This document shows, piece after piece, positions 26,262-38,447 of a stretch of DNA of 64,000 nucleotides (position 1 is its first letter; each line of letters opens with the position of its first letter). A program made the position numbers and the translations under genes. Origin of the DNA: Camelus dromedarius (lineage: Eukaryota); NCBI RefSeq assembly GCF_036321535.1, contig NC_087437.1, positions 101,000,001-101,064,000 of the forward strand, in the 5' to 3' direction. Under the pieces are notes generated by a model. That model made no database searches, was not told where the DNA came from, and saw nothing but the letters and a program-made list of their open reading frames with translations.

Positions 26262-27139
26262 TGGTGTTCTTTACCAAATCAACGTGTAACAGCAGTCCGT
26301 ACTGAAGATTTAAAACGTAGGGGTTCAACGTGGCAAGTCTGGACTGTGATATGAAATGCTCTAAAAGAAGAAAAATAAATTTTTACACTTAGTATTATTT
26401 ATCAGACAATTTGAAAACTCCAAGCACTTAAATTGGCACTTCCATCAAAATAATTTCACTAGTGTTTGAGATGTAAAATTTGGGAAAAAAATACACATAA
26501 AGAAAAAGATATTTATGGAACTCCACAGTTGTTTTACTTAGATAAGTCCTGTTATATATTTATTGTAAAGATTTCTACTCCTCGTAATATCAGATAATTA
26601 TGGTAGTAATTACTTAGCTGCATAGATAGCTTTCCTCTGAAGGGCTATGATGTATTTATACAAACATAATATATATTAATATTTACACCCCAAAGTGAAA
26701 AGTTAAAGACAGGTAATATAATCACAAACTTGAAAAAAATTGTGTAAAATGTCATTTCTTGTCTAGATCTCAGAATTACAGAACAAATATGTATGTGTGT
26801 ATGGGCACACACAGGACCAAAAATGTAGATGAAGAAATATTTTTTCCATAAAATTGAAAGAAAGAAACATCCACAATTAAATCATGGATTATATACACAC
26901 ATATAACATATAATATTAAAGAGCAAAAATCAAGTTAATTACTATGTTTCATTAATAAATTATAACATGTAATTTAAAAAATAATGGAAAGCTTACTGTG
27001 TTTACTATAAACTAAAAGTGAATGGCTAATATAGAAATACCAGACACATTCTCTGAAATAAATAGTTAAAACAGAGTTGTAGAGACAGTGTACATGTCAA
27101 AATAGAATATATTGTGTAATTTTATGTGATAAATGTGCT

Positions 27140-28310
27140 TTGTTGTATATATAGAATTCGGGAGATCATTGTGAGTTGGAGGAAACTAAAATACTCCTTG
27201 GAGAGGGGATGGAATTTGAACTTGATCTTGAGATTTGAGAAGAAATCGGATAGGTGAGGATGGGAAGACAGAGTTCTGGGTGGTCCAGACATACACAGAT
27301 GCCGGTCAATATAAAAATCTGTTTGTTTCAGTGAGTCAGGATAGGGAGGAGTAGCCATAGGAATCTGGAAAGATATATTAGGGATATATTGTTTGTGATT
27401 TTGAATTCCTGGCTGAAATGCTTTGATTTGATTGAAAGTATTGAAATCAGATGTGTGGCAGCATCAAAGCAGAGTTTGGAAAAATTAGTCTGCTTGGAAG
27501 GTAGAGTCACACGAGAAGAAACTTTAGTGAGAGACAGGACCTTTGAGGAATCTGTCTCATAGATGGTATGAGCCTTAATGAGGACAGTGGCCATGGATAT
27601 AAAAAAGAAAGGACTGAAGTAGAAGTGACTTAGAAACAGGAAATTGTGTGGATTGGGGTTGATTAAATGAGGTCTCAGAAGGGAGAGAAGAGGAGAAGCA
27701 GCTAGGAGGACTGAAGCCCAGAGGACATGAAACAGAAAGAAGAGGAAGTGGGTTTGTCCTGAAGAGAAAAGACAGAAAAATCTGTTCAGTTTTAGATGTG
27801 TTAAAATGTCTTTCATTGATTCAATATAATGATTCTCCTCAGAGATGCTGGGCAGAGCTGCAGAAAGGATTTAGACAGTCAGCATAGATTTAATAGTTAT
27901 AGATAGAAAGGCTAACTTAATCAGAAGAAGGGGAGACATTTCTGAGGGAAGGGAAAAAAGGAAACAGGGGATTAAAGGCTAAAATGTGGGTTAATCCGAA
28001 TTTAACAGTTGGAGAAAGAATTGCCACTCTTGAAATAGTCAAAACGACTATCTTAGATGTGCACAGGAGAGAAGAGATCAATTCACCAGAAGCACAGAAT
28101 GAAGGAGTCTCTGAAATAAAACTCTAAAAATAGGTCAAGGGGGAATGGGGAAAATATCATGGAGTTAAGTAATTAAGAACAGATCAGTGCGTATTGGAAA
28201 GAGTCATTGCATCAAAGTATTGGAGATGGAAGAAAGATACTGATGGGCTAGAACAGAGGGAAAGGGGAAAAAGCTGAAGTAAATCATTGTTTAAGAATCC
28301 AGGCAGTGCA
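27140..28310 (-). mobile_element. L2 LINE fragment
   Basis: Purine-rich antisense L2 body: ggaatttgaacttgatcttgaga, ttcagttttagatgtgttaa, gtcagcatagatttaatagtta. Confidence 0.75.
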
Positions 28311-30299
28311 AATAAATCAAATAAGAAACTAGCATCAAAGTGTTACTATTAGGTTTAACTATTTTGTTACAAGATTAGGAAATACTATGTTTCATTACTT
28401 CGGAAATATTGTGTTATAATATTTAGGCAAGTAGGTTACATGCTTGCAGCCAAAGAGGAAAAAGAAAGAAGAAAAAGAAATGAGAGATCCAAGACAAAGA
28501 GAGAATAATGGAAGGACAAGGTGTGAGAGAAGATAGAAAGAGGGACCGAGGATGGAGGCTGAAGCAACAGCCTTGAAAGCTGTGAAAGTACAGCTTTTGA
28601 TCAGCCTGATGAGAGATGTTATATCGTGGGTTTAGATGTGTGGTGATATTCTTAGCTATCTCATATCTATTTTGAAATTATATATGGCACAATTCAATCA
28701 ATAAAAACCAGGATCGCTTCAGTCATCTTTATGTTGTAGGAGATAAGAGGACACCTAAAAAAAGGGATGGGGGCACAGGAGGTAACTTTGCCTGCCTCAC
28801 AATCTTCCTGATAGTCATTGCTGAGTAAAAATCTGGGCTCTAATGTATTGCATTGAGACTATTTTGTCCATGCGCCTATTTAAAATCAAATAACAAATGA
28901 AAAGCAAACTGAGCCTTCTTGTCATCCTGAAAAGAGTCGCCATGCTAGAGGAGGTCGACTAATGTTCTAAACCTACCTGTTTTCGTCATTTAGCATTATG
29001 GGCATTTATTTTTTTCTACCTTGAAAAGCCAGATGTTACAAGTCTAAAATGTTCTGTAACTTACAAACAACAGAGTGGCGAAACTGCTGGTTGTCTTTGA
29101 TCACGACTGGGAAAGAACTGCTGGCGAGATTTCCTGCCTATCAAATTTCCTCATTCTTGGGCTGATCTGGTTGCAGACCCTCTGACCTGGCTCTACTCTC
29201 TGCTTCCTTTGAATGTCCTCCTTCCTAACTACCTGCCCAGCCTTTCACTCACCCAGCATCTTTTCTAGGAACTCCCTACCTGTGTACTTCTGATTCCCCC
29301 AACTGCCTGTCTAGCTGACTGACTACTGTGCTCTGACCTCCTGTACCTAGATGGTTGTTGATCAAATATTGCTTACTTTAGTGCTAAATTGCCTCCTCCA
29401 GCTTGGTGTAGGATATGTCAACATGTGTAGACTGCCTGCCTGAACTCCTGTACCCAACCTTCATCAAGACTTGCTTGACTTTTCCTTATCCTGACTCATC
29501 ATAGCCCTTCAGAAAAACATTTTCCCCCAGGTCCTAAAAGAAAACAATTACAGATGGTGCCGAGGTTTTTAATACTGGGTGATGGGAACGATTGTGATGG
29601 TATTAAACACGTAGGAAACGGTGAAAGAGACAATGATCTTGCTTGTGGAGTAATTTTATTTAGGGTTATACTAGCTGTTTTAGATTGAATGCTCACAAGA
29701 TTTAAGGTATATTTGCTACAACTTCTCCATCAGGGAGAAAAATCACCAACTAATCTCATTATAATGTATTAACTATTATCTCGGTCTAGATATACTGGAG
29801 TTCCATTTTATATTTTTAAGGTCCCAATTGTGGACTGTTATAATGGATTTTTTCTAGGAATTAAAACTATGTAACTCTCTTACGACAGAACTGTTTTAGA
29901 CTTAATTATGGTTGGAAAAAATCTTAATTGATTTCCACTACACAGATGTGTATCTTACCAATGTGAATTCAATAACAGAGGAAGTACCACCGATGTTTCT
30001 TTCTGAAAGATTTATTATGGCATGCTATTTAGGAGAGGGGCAATTGATATTATTTGTGTCTAAATTCTCCATGAAGTTTTTTCTTAAACTTCCTGCATAC
30101 CACACGATTCATAGGAAATGAAAAAATGTAAAGCACATCTGAAGAAATGTAACAGGCTTCTCAAGGTTTGGGGGGACGTACTGAGGGGTTCATCCATCCT
30201 GAGCCTTTTAATCATCCTGAGAGTTTAGGGGTCATAAAATCTGCTAAATTTCAACCAGTTAACATCCTGGGTTGGGAATTCTGCTCAGGAATCACTATC

Positions 30300-30885
30300 C
30301 AATCAGTCAACCAATCTGGAAACTTGAGAATTATCCTTTAATCCTCTTTCTTTCTCACTCTCATCCTTAACCAAAACATCTAGAAACACTTTGAATCTTT
30401 TCCTTCCTTCCCGTATGTCTATCTCTTGTCCTAGGTCAGGTGATATCATATTTTCCTAAAACTCTTGCCACACTTTTCAGAATTGATCTTCTTGATTCTA
30501 GGATTTTCTCCCTTCTTTGACTTTTGTCACGTTGCCCCTTGCATGGAATGCCCATTCAACAACTAATTGCAGGCTAAAAGGTCCAATTTTTAAAACTCAG
30601 CTCAAGGGTCACCTTGATATGACTTTCCTGATATTCCAGATGTCCACATTAACTTGGTGCTGCAGATGGACTGAATGCTTCTTCTCTGTTTCTGTGAAAT
30701 CCCGTACGTATTTCTGCCTTTGCATATAAAACATAGTGTCATCGTGCTTCTGGTTCTATTTTCCCCATTACACTTAGATTTGATTGAGGGCAAGGAACAT
30801 ATGTTATTGTTTCTCCAGAACTCAGTTTAATGCTTAGTATCTAGTAGGCAGTCCATAAATGCTTGTTAAATAAGTGAATAAATAT
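30300..30885 (+). mobile_element. L2 3' portion
   Basis: gcatggaatgccc, aaaactcagctcaagggtcacc, tgagggcaaggaacatatg, tagtaggcagtccataaatgcttgttaaataagtgaat. Confidence 0.75.
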
Positions 30886-31559
30886 ATAGATCTGTCTTCA
30901 TTTTCCATGAGCAAGAGCTCTTATTTTTGCATTACATTTGGCACAGTAACAAATGTACGGCAGACACTTAACAAATATTTGGTCAATGATTCTCTCAATA
31001 TACCACAATCATTTCTTCTTTCAAGGTCTTATGTAAGAAGGGCTCATATCCTATATGTCATCTCAAAAACTTTACTGTACTTTGTGACAAATTCTTAGAT
31101 TTTACTGTTAAAGAAAGTGGTAGAAAGTTTAACAAAATTTTCTTGTAGATATCTTGGGGAATCATACACATTTCCAAGGTCTAGTCAAGAAGCGCTCATA
31201 TTAGCTGAAATAGGATTCCAGTGAGTTATGCAAGACATTAATTGTCTCTCCAAATCTAGTGATATATGATATACATAACATAGTATAGTTACTATAACAT
31301 AATATGATTAATATAATATAATACATTGGAAACCTCTCTTTGGATGATGAAATATCTATGAAGAGCTTGGTGTAGGACAATGAAGAAGTTGATCGATTGG
31401 TTGCCTCTGGACCTCATACCACCATTTGCTATTCTGGGAATTCAGGACTAAAAATAATTGAGGAGGTAGGAAGATAAGATTATTTCAACCCAATTTAACA
31501 TTTGTCACATATTCTTTGCTTGTTGCTATAATTGCATTTTTCAGTTGTTTCATAATGCT

Positions 31560-31712
31560 TCGTGTGATTGCCACCTTGCTAGAACTGTGAATTTGTGAAT
31601 TCTTATTCTCCAGTTCTGTGTCTTATTCACATTTATATATCAAACTCATAGCACAGATTATAAGTCAGAGTAGGAGTTCAACATATACTTTTTAAGTGGT
31701 TGAATAAATACA
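31560..31712 (+). mobile_element. L2 3'-end fragment
   Basis: tgtgtcttattcacatttatatatc...tagcacag...agagtaggagttcaacatatact...tgaataaat. Confidence 0.6.
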
Positions 31713-32029
31713 TTTTATCAAAAATGTATAAATCACTTAAAGTAAATACTGCCAGGAATGTATGTGCCAGTAAGACATACTCGTCCATTTCCTTTATTCA
31801 GTCCAATAAAGGAAGGAAAAAAGGGGGATGGGTAGGATGGTTGTTATGCAAAGAACAACTTGATAAATACCATGGGAAAAATATAAACAGTACAATAGCC
31901 ATATTTGTACAAATGGATGTATCTGCAGCTTAATTTAGAACTATTCATACTGAAAGGCAAAGACCTCAAATTAACGTAGAATGGGATCCTGTCAGAAGAC
32001 CATGGCACTCTAGATCTTAGATTTTGGAT

Positions 32030-32300
32030 TCATTATCAGGTTCCAAAAATATTTTGACAAGTTGGATCTATAAGGTGAATCTAATAAGGCAACATTTAAG
32101 AGTAATAAATGGAAAGCCCTATTCAGCCAACTGCAAAATTAAAGAATGGGGGGAAAAGCCTTAGATTTTTCAAAAAATTTAAGTCCAGTACAAATCAACA
32201 GTGAGTTGGTTTCTTAGATGTTATAAATATCACACTTCATTGACAGTGTGGTATCTGCAATAAGGCAGATAATTGCTTCTCTCTGCATGTTGGAATTCGC
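32030..32300 (+). mobile_element. L3/CR1 LINE fragment
   Basis: gaatctaataaggcaacatttaagagtaataaatggaaagcccta...aaatcaacagtgag resembles the CR1 RT 3' region. Confidence 0.45.
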
Positions 32301-32484
32301 CAAATGCATTAACATTTTATTGATCATTATTCACTTACTTTGTATCTTGCTTAGTTTCTAAAATAATTTGAGACATTTACCTTGGCCATCTTCTTATGTA
32401 AAGATTCCAGAGTACAGGAAAATTATGACTACAAATGATGACTACAGTCAAAGCACTAGCAATATATTTATTTATTCACTAAAA

Positions 32485-32800
32485 AGAATTCATTAAGCAA
32501 ATGTTTCCTGAATGCCTACTATGCGCTTAGTACTGTATAAGGTTCCAGGGATTCAGCAGTGAAGGGGGAAACAAATGAGGACCAGTCCTCCTGCATGTTA
32601 ATGAAGCTTACGATTCATATAAAAAGACATAATCAAATGATTCGAGAAATAAATGTATAATTGCAACCATGATAAATCCTGAGAAGGACAATCATGTTGT
32701 GCCCAGAAGGCATAACTAATGAGAAGTATCAGTTTTGGTAAATATGGTCAGCATGAGCTCCCCTAAAACAGTGAAATCTGTGTTGAGATCGTACTGATAA
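32485..32800 (-). mobile_element. L2 3'-end fragment
   Basis: ttcattaagcaaatgtttcctgaatgcctactatgcgcttagtactgt...gggattcagcagtgaa. Confidence 0.8.
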
Positions 32801-32926
32801 ATAAAATACCAATAAATACATATTCCTTTTCCTACTGTTGATGGATGTGGAAATCAACATAATACTTTAAGAAGGTAATTTTATAGTAACCAACAAAACG
32901 TGAAATGCGAATACCCTTTAACCCAG

Positions 32927-33150
32927 TGTTTTAGACTGCATGTCTCCCCAAAATTAATATGTTGAAACCCTAATATCAAATACCATTGTTATGGTATTTG
33001 GAGATGGAGCCTTTGGGAAGTAATTAGGTCATGAAGTGGGCCCTCATGATGAGATTTTGTGCCCTAAGAAGAGACCTGAGAGACTTTGCTTCCTTTTTCT
33101 CTCTGAAATCATGTGAGGACCGTCAGAGAGCAGACAGCCTGGACAGAGAC
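32927..33150 (+). mobile_element. MaLR LTR (MLT1A-like), 5' part
   Basis: ccccaaaattaatatgttgaaaccctaa...ggtatttggagatggagcctttgggaagtaattaggtcatga...gccctcatgatgagatt. Confidence 0.85.
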
Positions 33151-33396
33151 AACGGAGCTGTCCCCCATCATGCATTAATTTCCTATCACTGTGTTGACTT
33201 TCTACAAGTCTTTCGCTCTGCAAGCACTAAACATTAAAGAAACATGAGCATTTGTGGGAACATTTGATCTCTCCTCTTTAGCATTTAAAGATACATATTT
33301 TCAACAATTTAGAGCAGTGCATTTATTCTCTGAGAAATGTAAATTTAAAAAAAATCACTTGTAGCAAACTAAGGCAAGTTCTTATATCTTCTTCAG

Positions 33397-33856
33397 GGTG
33401 ATGGCTAATTTTATGTGTCAATTTGATACCACCACAGGATGCCCGGATTACATATTATTTCAGAGTGTATCTGTGAAGGTGTTCCCAGATGAGATTAGTA
33501 TTTGATTTGGTGCTCTCCCCAGTGTGGACGGGCATCATCCAGTCCTTTGAGCACCTGAATAGAACAAAAATGCAGAGGTGGAAGGAATTAGCCCCTTGTG
33601 CTCTCTGCCTGCCTGCGTAAACTGGGACATTGGCTTTCTCCTGAAAGTGAAGTGGGATTTGCACATCAGCCTCGCTGGTTCTCAGGCTTTTGGAATTGGA
33701 CTGAAACTACACAACTGGCTTTCCTGGGTCACCAGCTTGCAGATCGTGGGACTTCTCAGCCTCCATAATTACGTGAGCCAACCCCCCATAATAAATCCCC
33801 CCCCCTTTCCATATACCTTATTTGTTCTATTTCTCTTGAGAACCTAGACTGATAAA
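33397..33856 (+). mobile_element. MLT2 (ERVL) solo LTR
   Basis: gtgatggctaattttatgtgtcaatttga...ttctatttctcttgagaacctagactgataaa. Imperfect 5-bp TSD ttcag/ctcag. Confidence 0.88.
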
Positions 33857-35049
33857 CTCAGAAGAACCTCTCTTCAGGGAATTAGCCTTAACTCTGTCAG
33901 AAGCCACCAGTGAGTCTGCCATCTTTGTCAAGTCCTCAGTCATGTGCCTCATTAGACGTCAGTATAGCTTCTTTTAAGGAGAAGCTATAATTTCTTCTCT
34001 CAATGCTGCACTGGTTTTGGGGGGAAAAACCCCAAATTTTAGAAGAGGGAAAAGTAAAAAAAATGGCACTTATTGGAACATTTTTTTCTCCCTTCACAGA
34101 TGGCTTTCTTGTTTCCTATCCATACAATCACTTTTCTAATTTTTTAGGGATTCTTATTCCATTCACCTTTCACTCTGCCTTTCAGATGCATTTCCATAGC
34201 AGATTCTATTTCCAATAGCTGTCATCCCCAGCAGTGCTGTCATATGGATTATGCTCAGTTGTATTGGAAATAAATACACTTTCTTATAATAATTTTACAG
34301 TAGCAGCTTTCTGAACCTAAATATTCTGCACATAAGTGTGTATGTGCACCCACGCCTGTAACTCCCACGTTATCTCCTCCACACTCTGTATAATCTTATG
34401 CCATATTAGTATACTCTGCTGCCTCTTACAAGGTTTCCTTAAGAAGTGAATTGCTTCTGGATGCGTAAATGATCTAAATCTCACCATCATTTTCTCCTAA
34501 TTGACTCGTATAAGAACCAGCCAACTAGATTCTGTATTGTTTTGTAAGAGACAATATGTCCAGTGAGATGGATCGTAGCTGATGTGTAAATAAGGGTGCA
34601 ATTTAAGGGATACCAATTTCTTTCACCTTCTGTAAATTTAGCCAGTGGTCTTATTTTATCAATTCCTTCTTGCACAATGCTTCTTCTATTACAGTGTCTT
34701 TGGTAAGAATTCAATTGGCCTTTACTTACATTATTTTGAAGTAGATCTCTAAATGGAATGTAACAGTTCCCCCTATATGGAACCCAAAGCGTACTACCGC
34801 TCACCAATTTGCTCCAATCTCAGCAGAATTTATCAAATTGTCCCTCAGAATCAGGCCTTCTTAGCTTATCTTACTGTGATTCTGCTTCACAGTGGTGGCT
34901 CTGGTGTGTGACCCAGCGAACACAGGACCCTTGCCACTCACACTCTCACTGCAGTGGCCAATTAATAAATATCACCGGAACAACAAGAACTTAGCTAATG
35001 ACCTCAAACATGTGTTTTTATATTTCCAGTAGCTTCTGTTAAAATTCTT

Positions 35050-35450
35050 TGTCAATTGCAGGTTAGGAGCGAGGGGATGAAGGCCTCCGGAAAGGGGACG
35101 CTATGTGAAATCTGCAACTGGGACCCAGCACAGCTGATGAAACGAAGAGTCACGGGCACATGCAGAGAGCGTGGCGGGGGAGCTGCCGCTGGAAAAGTTA
35201 GGAAGTAAACACTTAGCTGACATTGCAGTACCGGCAAACGTACATGGATTTTTTTCCCATCCTTTGTTGTAACTATCAAATTAGCCAGTGTATTCGAGAG
35301 AGCGCCATGCTCCTGGGAAGGGGCAATCATTTCTTCTCCTCTCACTCATATTCCTGGTTGACAGTTCCTTAGGGGGACCACAGAAATAAATTTAGGGCTG
35401 CCCTGATGGAGGCGAGTCAGCTCATTAGCAGCTGCCATCACAGCACTTTA
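35050..35450. promoter_or_regulatory. Locally CpG/GC-enriched unique segment, candidate enhancer or promoter
   Basis: About 11 CpGs in 35060-35310 against a CpG-poor background. GGAAGTAAACA (ETS plus forkhead) and CAGCTG E-boxes. Confidence 0.4.
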
Positions 35451-36193
35451 CTTCCAGTTCACAGATGGAGACAAGGGCTCTTTGAAGGCGATTCTAAGGC
35501 AGCTTCGCATGGAGCAGCATAAGTGGGGATCTTGTAAAGTGTCGTTTCCCTGGAAACCGAGTGCAACAAATACCCTGTTGTCATCAGTTCAGGATGTGTA
35601 TAGTTCACACATAAATGCTGGGTTTGTGGAGAAATTTGCACAGTGGATGCCTGTGTTATCAACATGCGTAACTGAGAGATCTTTAGGACTGTCAATCAAA
35701 TCCTTTATGGAGTCACAGATCATCTTTGAAAGAGTAGCATGTTAAAGGTCTGAAATAAATTACTCCTGTATGATGTACGTGTGCTACAGAGTTCCTGAGT
35801 GACATTCAGTATTCCCTTATGCAATTCAGAAAGAGGTATCAATTTTAATCGAATTAGATCTTGTTTTAACATAGAGGCTTATCTTGTTCATTTAATTCCC
35901 AGATTCGTATTTATGGCAACACCAGGAGAGGAATTTGGTCTTATTTTTCAAGTAACAATATCATCCCAATTTCATTCATACTCATTAGATTCAGAAATAC
36001 AAGTAAAAAAGGAGGCATTGTATTGTTTTCTACAAAGCTTTGTATTTAAGCCTATGAAAAAAACAAAAAAACAAAAAAAAAGTACCAGTTTTTAAGAAGA
36101 GTCTAACTTTAAATTCTGTGTGATTTAACCTTCTGGATATCTTAACCTTAGACCATAATGAGTTAAAAATAAGTTTAAAGAGTAAACAGTCAT

Positions 36194-36315
36194 GCGGGAG
36201 GGTCTAGCTCAAGTGGTAGAGCACATGGTTGGCATGCATGAGGTCCTGGGTTCAATCCCCAGTACTTCCTCTAAAAATGAATAAAGTAAACCAATTACTC
36301 CCCAACTCCAAAAAA
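36194..36315 (+). mobile_element. tRNA-derived SINE, camelid vic-1 type
   Basis: A box tagctcaagtgg, B box ggttcaatccc, tail aaaaatgaataaagtaaaccaattactccccc. TSD aaagagtaaacagt (36177-36190) / aaagagttaactgt (36313-36326), 12/14 identical. Confidence 0.88.
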
Positions 36316-36709
36316 GAGTTAACTGTTTGTATTCCTGAATTCCAGCTATCCCATCCGAAAATACATATAATCAATTTAAGATGCCAGGAGAGAAATTCCT
36401 CAGAAAGGCGTTCAAAGGACAATTGTTCCACTAAAATGTTTATTAAAAAAAAGTTGCCTGCACGTAATATAGGTTAGTGACATTTTTAACAGTAGCGATT
36501 GAAATGGATCTCTGTGTCTCAACAGCATAAACACTAAGCTAGAAACTGGCCTCACTTGTCAGCTTAGCTCTTCATTGCATGACATGTTTTTAACTAATAA
36601 TTCCATGTTAATAAGTTTATATTTGGGTACTTATGGAAAACCTAAGTGACACCACAGACGAGCAGTCTTTACACCGTTTGTACATTTATTATTGATCTTT
36701 TCCATATTC

Positions 36710-36875
36710 TCCATTTGAACTTTCACTCATTTTGAGTGGAATCCTTTATTAAAAATGTCCAAAAACTATCAGGTTCAGGTAGGGATCATCCTGATGTTGC
36801 ACACAGAGAAATGGAGGCACCAAGAACCTCCATCTCTTATTGGTGTTCACATTAACGCAGCCAGGTCTTTGGATT
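36710..36875 (-). mobile_element. MIR fragment
   Basis: caggtagggatcatcctgatgttgcacacagagaaatggaggcac. Confidence 0.55.
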
Positions 36876-38313
36876 TTCCTTCTTACCATTTAGTCACAAA
36901 TTTTTGATAGGCTACAATTCAAATCTACCTAATTAGCCCGTGTAATCAAAATGGTCGATTAGTTGATACAGCCACATGTACGGACTTAACTGCAATTTGA
37001 CCTACTTAGGCTTGAAATATGGTTTTGCACTGTCTAGACTGTCTGGAGAATGAATCTCTTCCCTTTTCATCTCTTGTATATTAAATCTCCCCTTGGCATT
37101 ACTGGATTAGGGCAATGTCTGGTCTATGGTTTCCATAAACTCAAGTTTTCATTTTTCAGCTCTTAGTCATGTAGTTCTAAATGTATTACAAATAATGCTG
37201 ATGTTGAACGTTTTTTACTCCACTGTGTGTTACTAATGGGATTTTACCAAAGAGCATGACCTCTAATCATATTAATACTTAATTAAGCAATAAACATGCC
37301 TTGCTGCAAAGCTCAAAGCTCAAAACAGAAGTCTCTCTGATGATGATTTTTCTGTTAAGTTGACAAAGATTTCCTTTGCGTTATCTCATTATTGCAAAAT
37401 TGGGGTAAATATCTGAGTGTTCAGTCCCCAGTAAGTGCCCCAAAGGGCTTCTTCGTAACTCTTTTACCTAACTAAGTATCCTAAGTTGAACCTTAATATA
37501 TTTTCTCAAAGCTTTTCCTTTTCAGAAATAACCTCAAAAATCATGGACCTATTAGATAAAGGGTTTTGAAATCGGAAGATGAAGGAAAGGTAGCCATTTG
37601 TTAAATGTAAGAGATTGCATTATAAAATATTGAGAAATTTGAAAAAAAATTTGAGTGTGCTAAGGAACACAATGATTATTTGTATCATACTAGGAAAACT
37701 AACCCGAAATGAAAGCAATGTGCTTAGACTGTAGTTAGCTATTTATCCTATAGAAGAAAGTGGGACAGAGACAAGGTTAGACGTCACCATACTGTTTCCT
37801 CCTCTTGTGGACACAAGAAGGCATTTACCTACCATCCTCCTGACGCCCATCTGCGGCCGGGATGGGGTGTTACCTGAGTTTGGTTGGTAGTTTGTGGGCA
37901 GAGATGATGAAGCCACTCCCCTTTCTTGTTCTTAAAAATCATCGTGCGATGTCCTCCAGTTTCCTCTTTCCCATCTGCAGTAACCTTGAGAGCCGCCTGT
38001 TCCAGATGGTGTAGCTGCAAGACGGAGGCAGTGTGGCCCCTATAGCTTATAAATGTGCTGTCTTCCATTAGAAATACTTATGGGACACAGTTAACCTCAC
38101 ATTTCTTAAAATTAATTTATAGATTGATTCTGGCAGTCATGAAATCAACTAAAGCACGTAATTCTTAAGTGATCTTTTTGAAGATGTCCTAAATGGTATA
38201 TGAGCCCTGGCAGAGCTCAGTTCATTGGTCAGCCTTTTTATTTTTGTCTTTGTCCTTTCTATAATTAGAAAATTAAGTTTACAGCTAACTAAATAATATT
38301 CAATATCAAGCAA

Positions 38314-38447
38314 ATGTGTGTGTATGTGTGAGTGTGTGTGTATGTGTGAGTGTGCGTGTGTGTGACTGCATATGCATGTGTGTGCATGTGTGTATGTGTG
38401 AGTGTGTGTGTGCACGCACGCGTGTGTGTGTGTGTGTGTGTGTGTGT
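38314..38447. repeat. Compound (TG)n / alternating purine-pyrimidine microsatellite
   Basis: Directly visible; includes cacgcacgcgtgtg. Confidence 0.95.

Noticed and set aside
27328..27816. 162-aa minus-strand ORF
   Set aside because: Lies within a decayed L2; pyrimidine-rich bias explains the lack of stops.
36194..36270. tRNA-like sequence with A and B boxes
   Set aside because: It has a SINE tail and TSD and no proper acceptor stem, so it is a SINE head rather than a tRNA gene.
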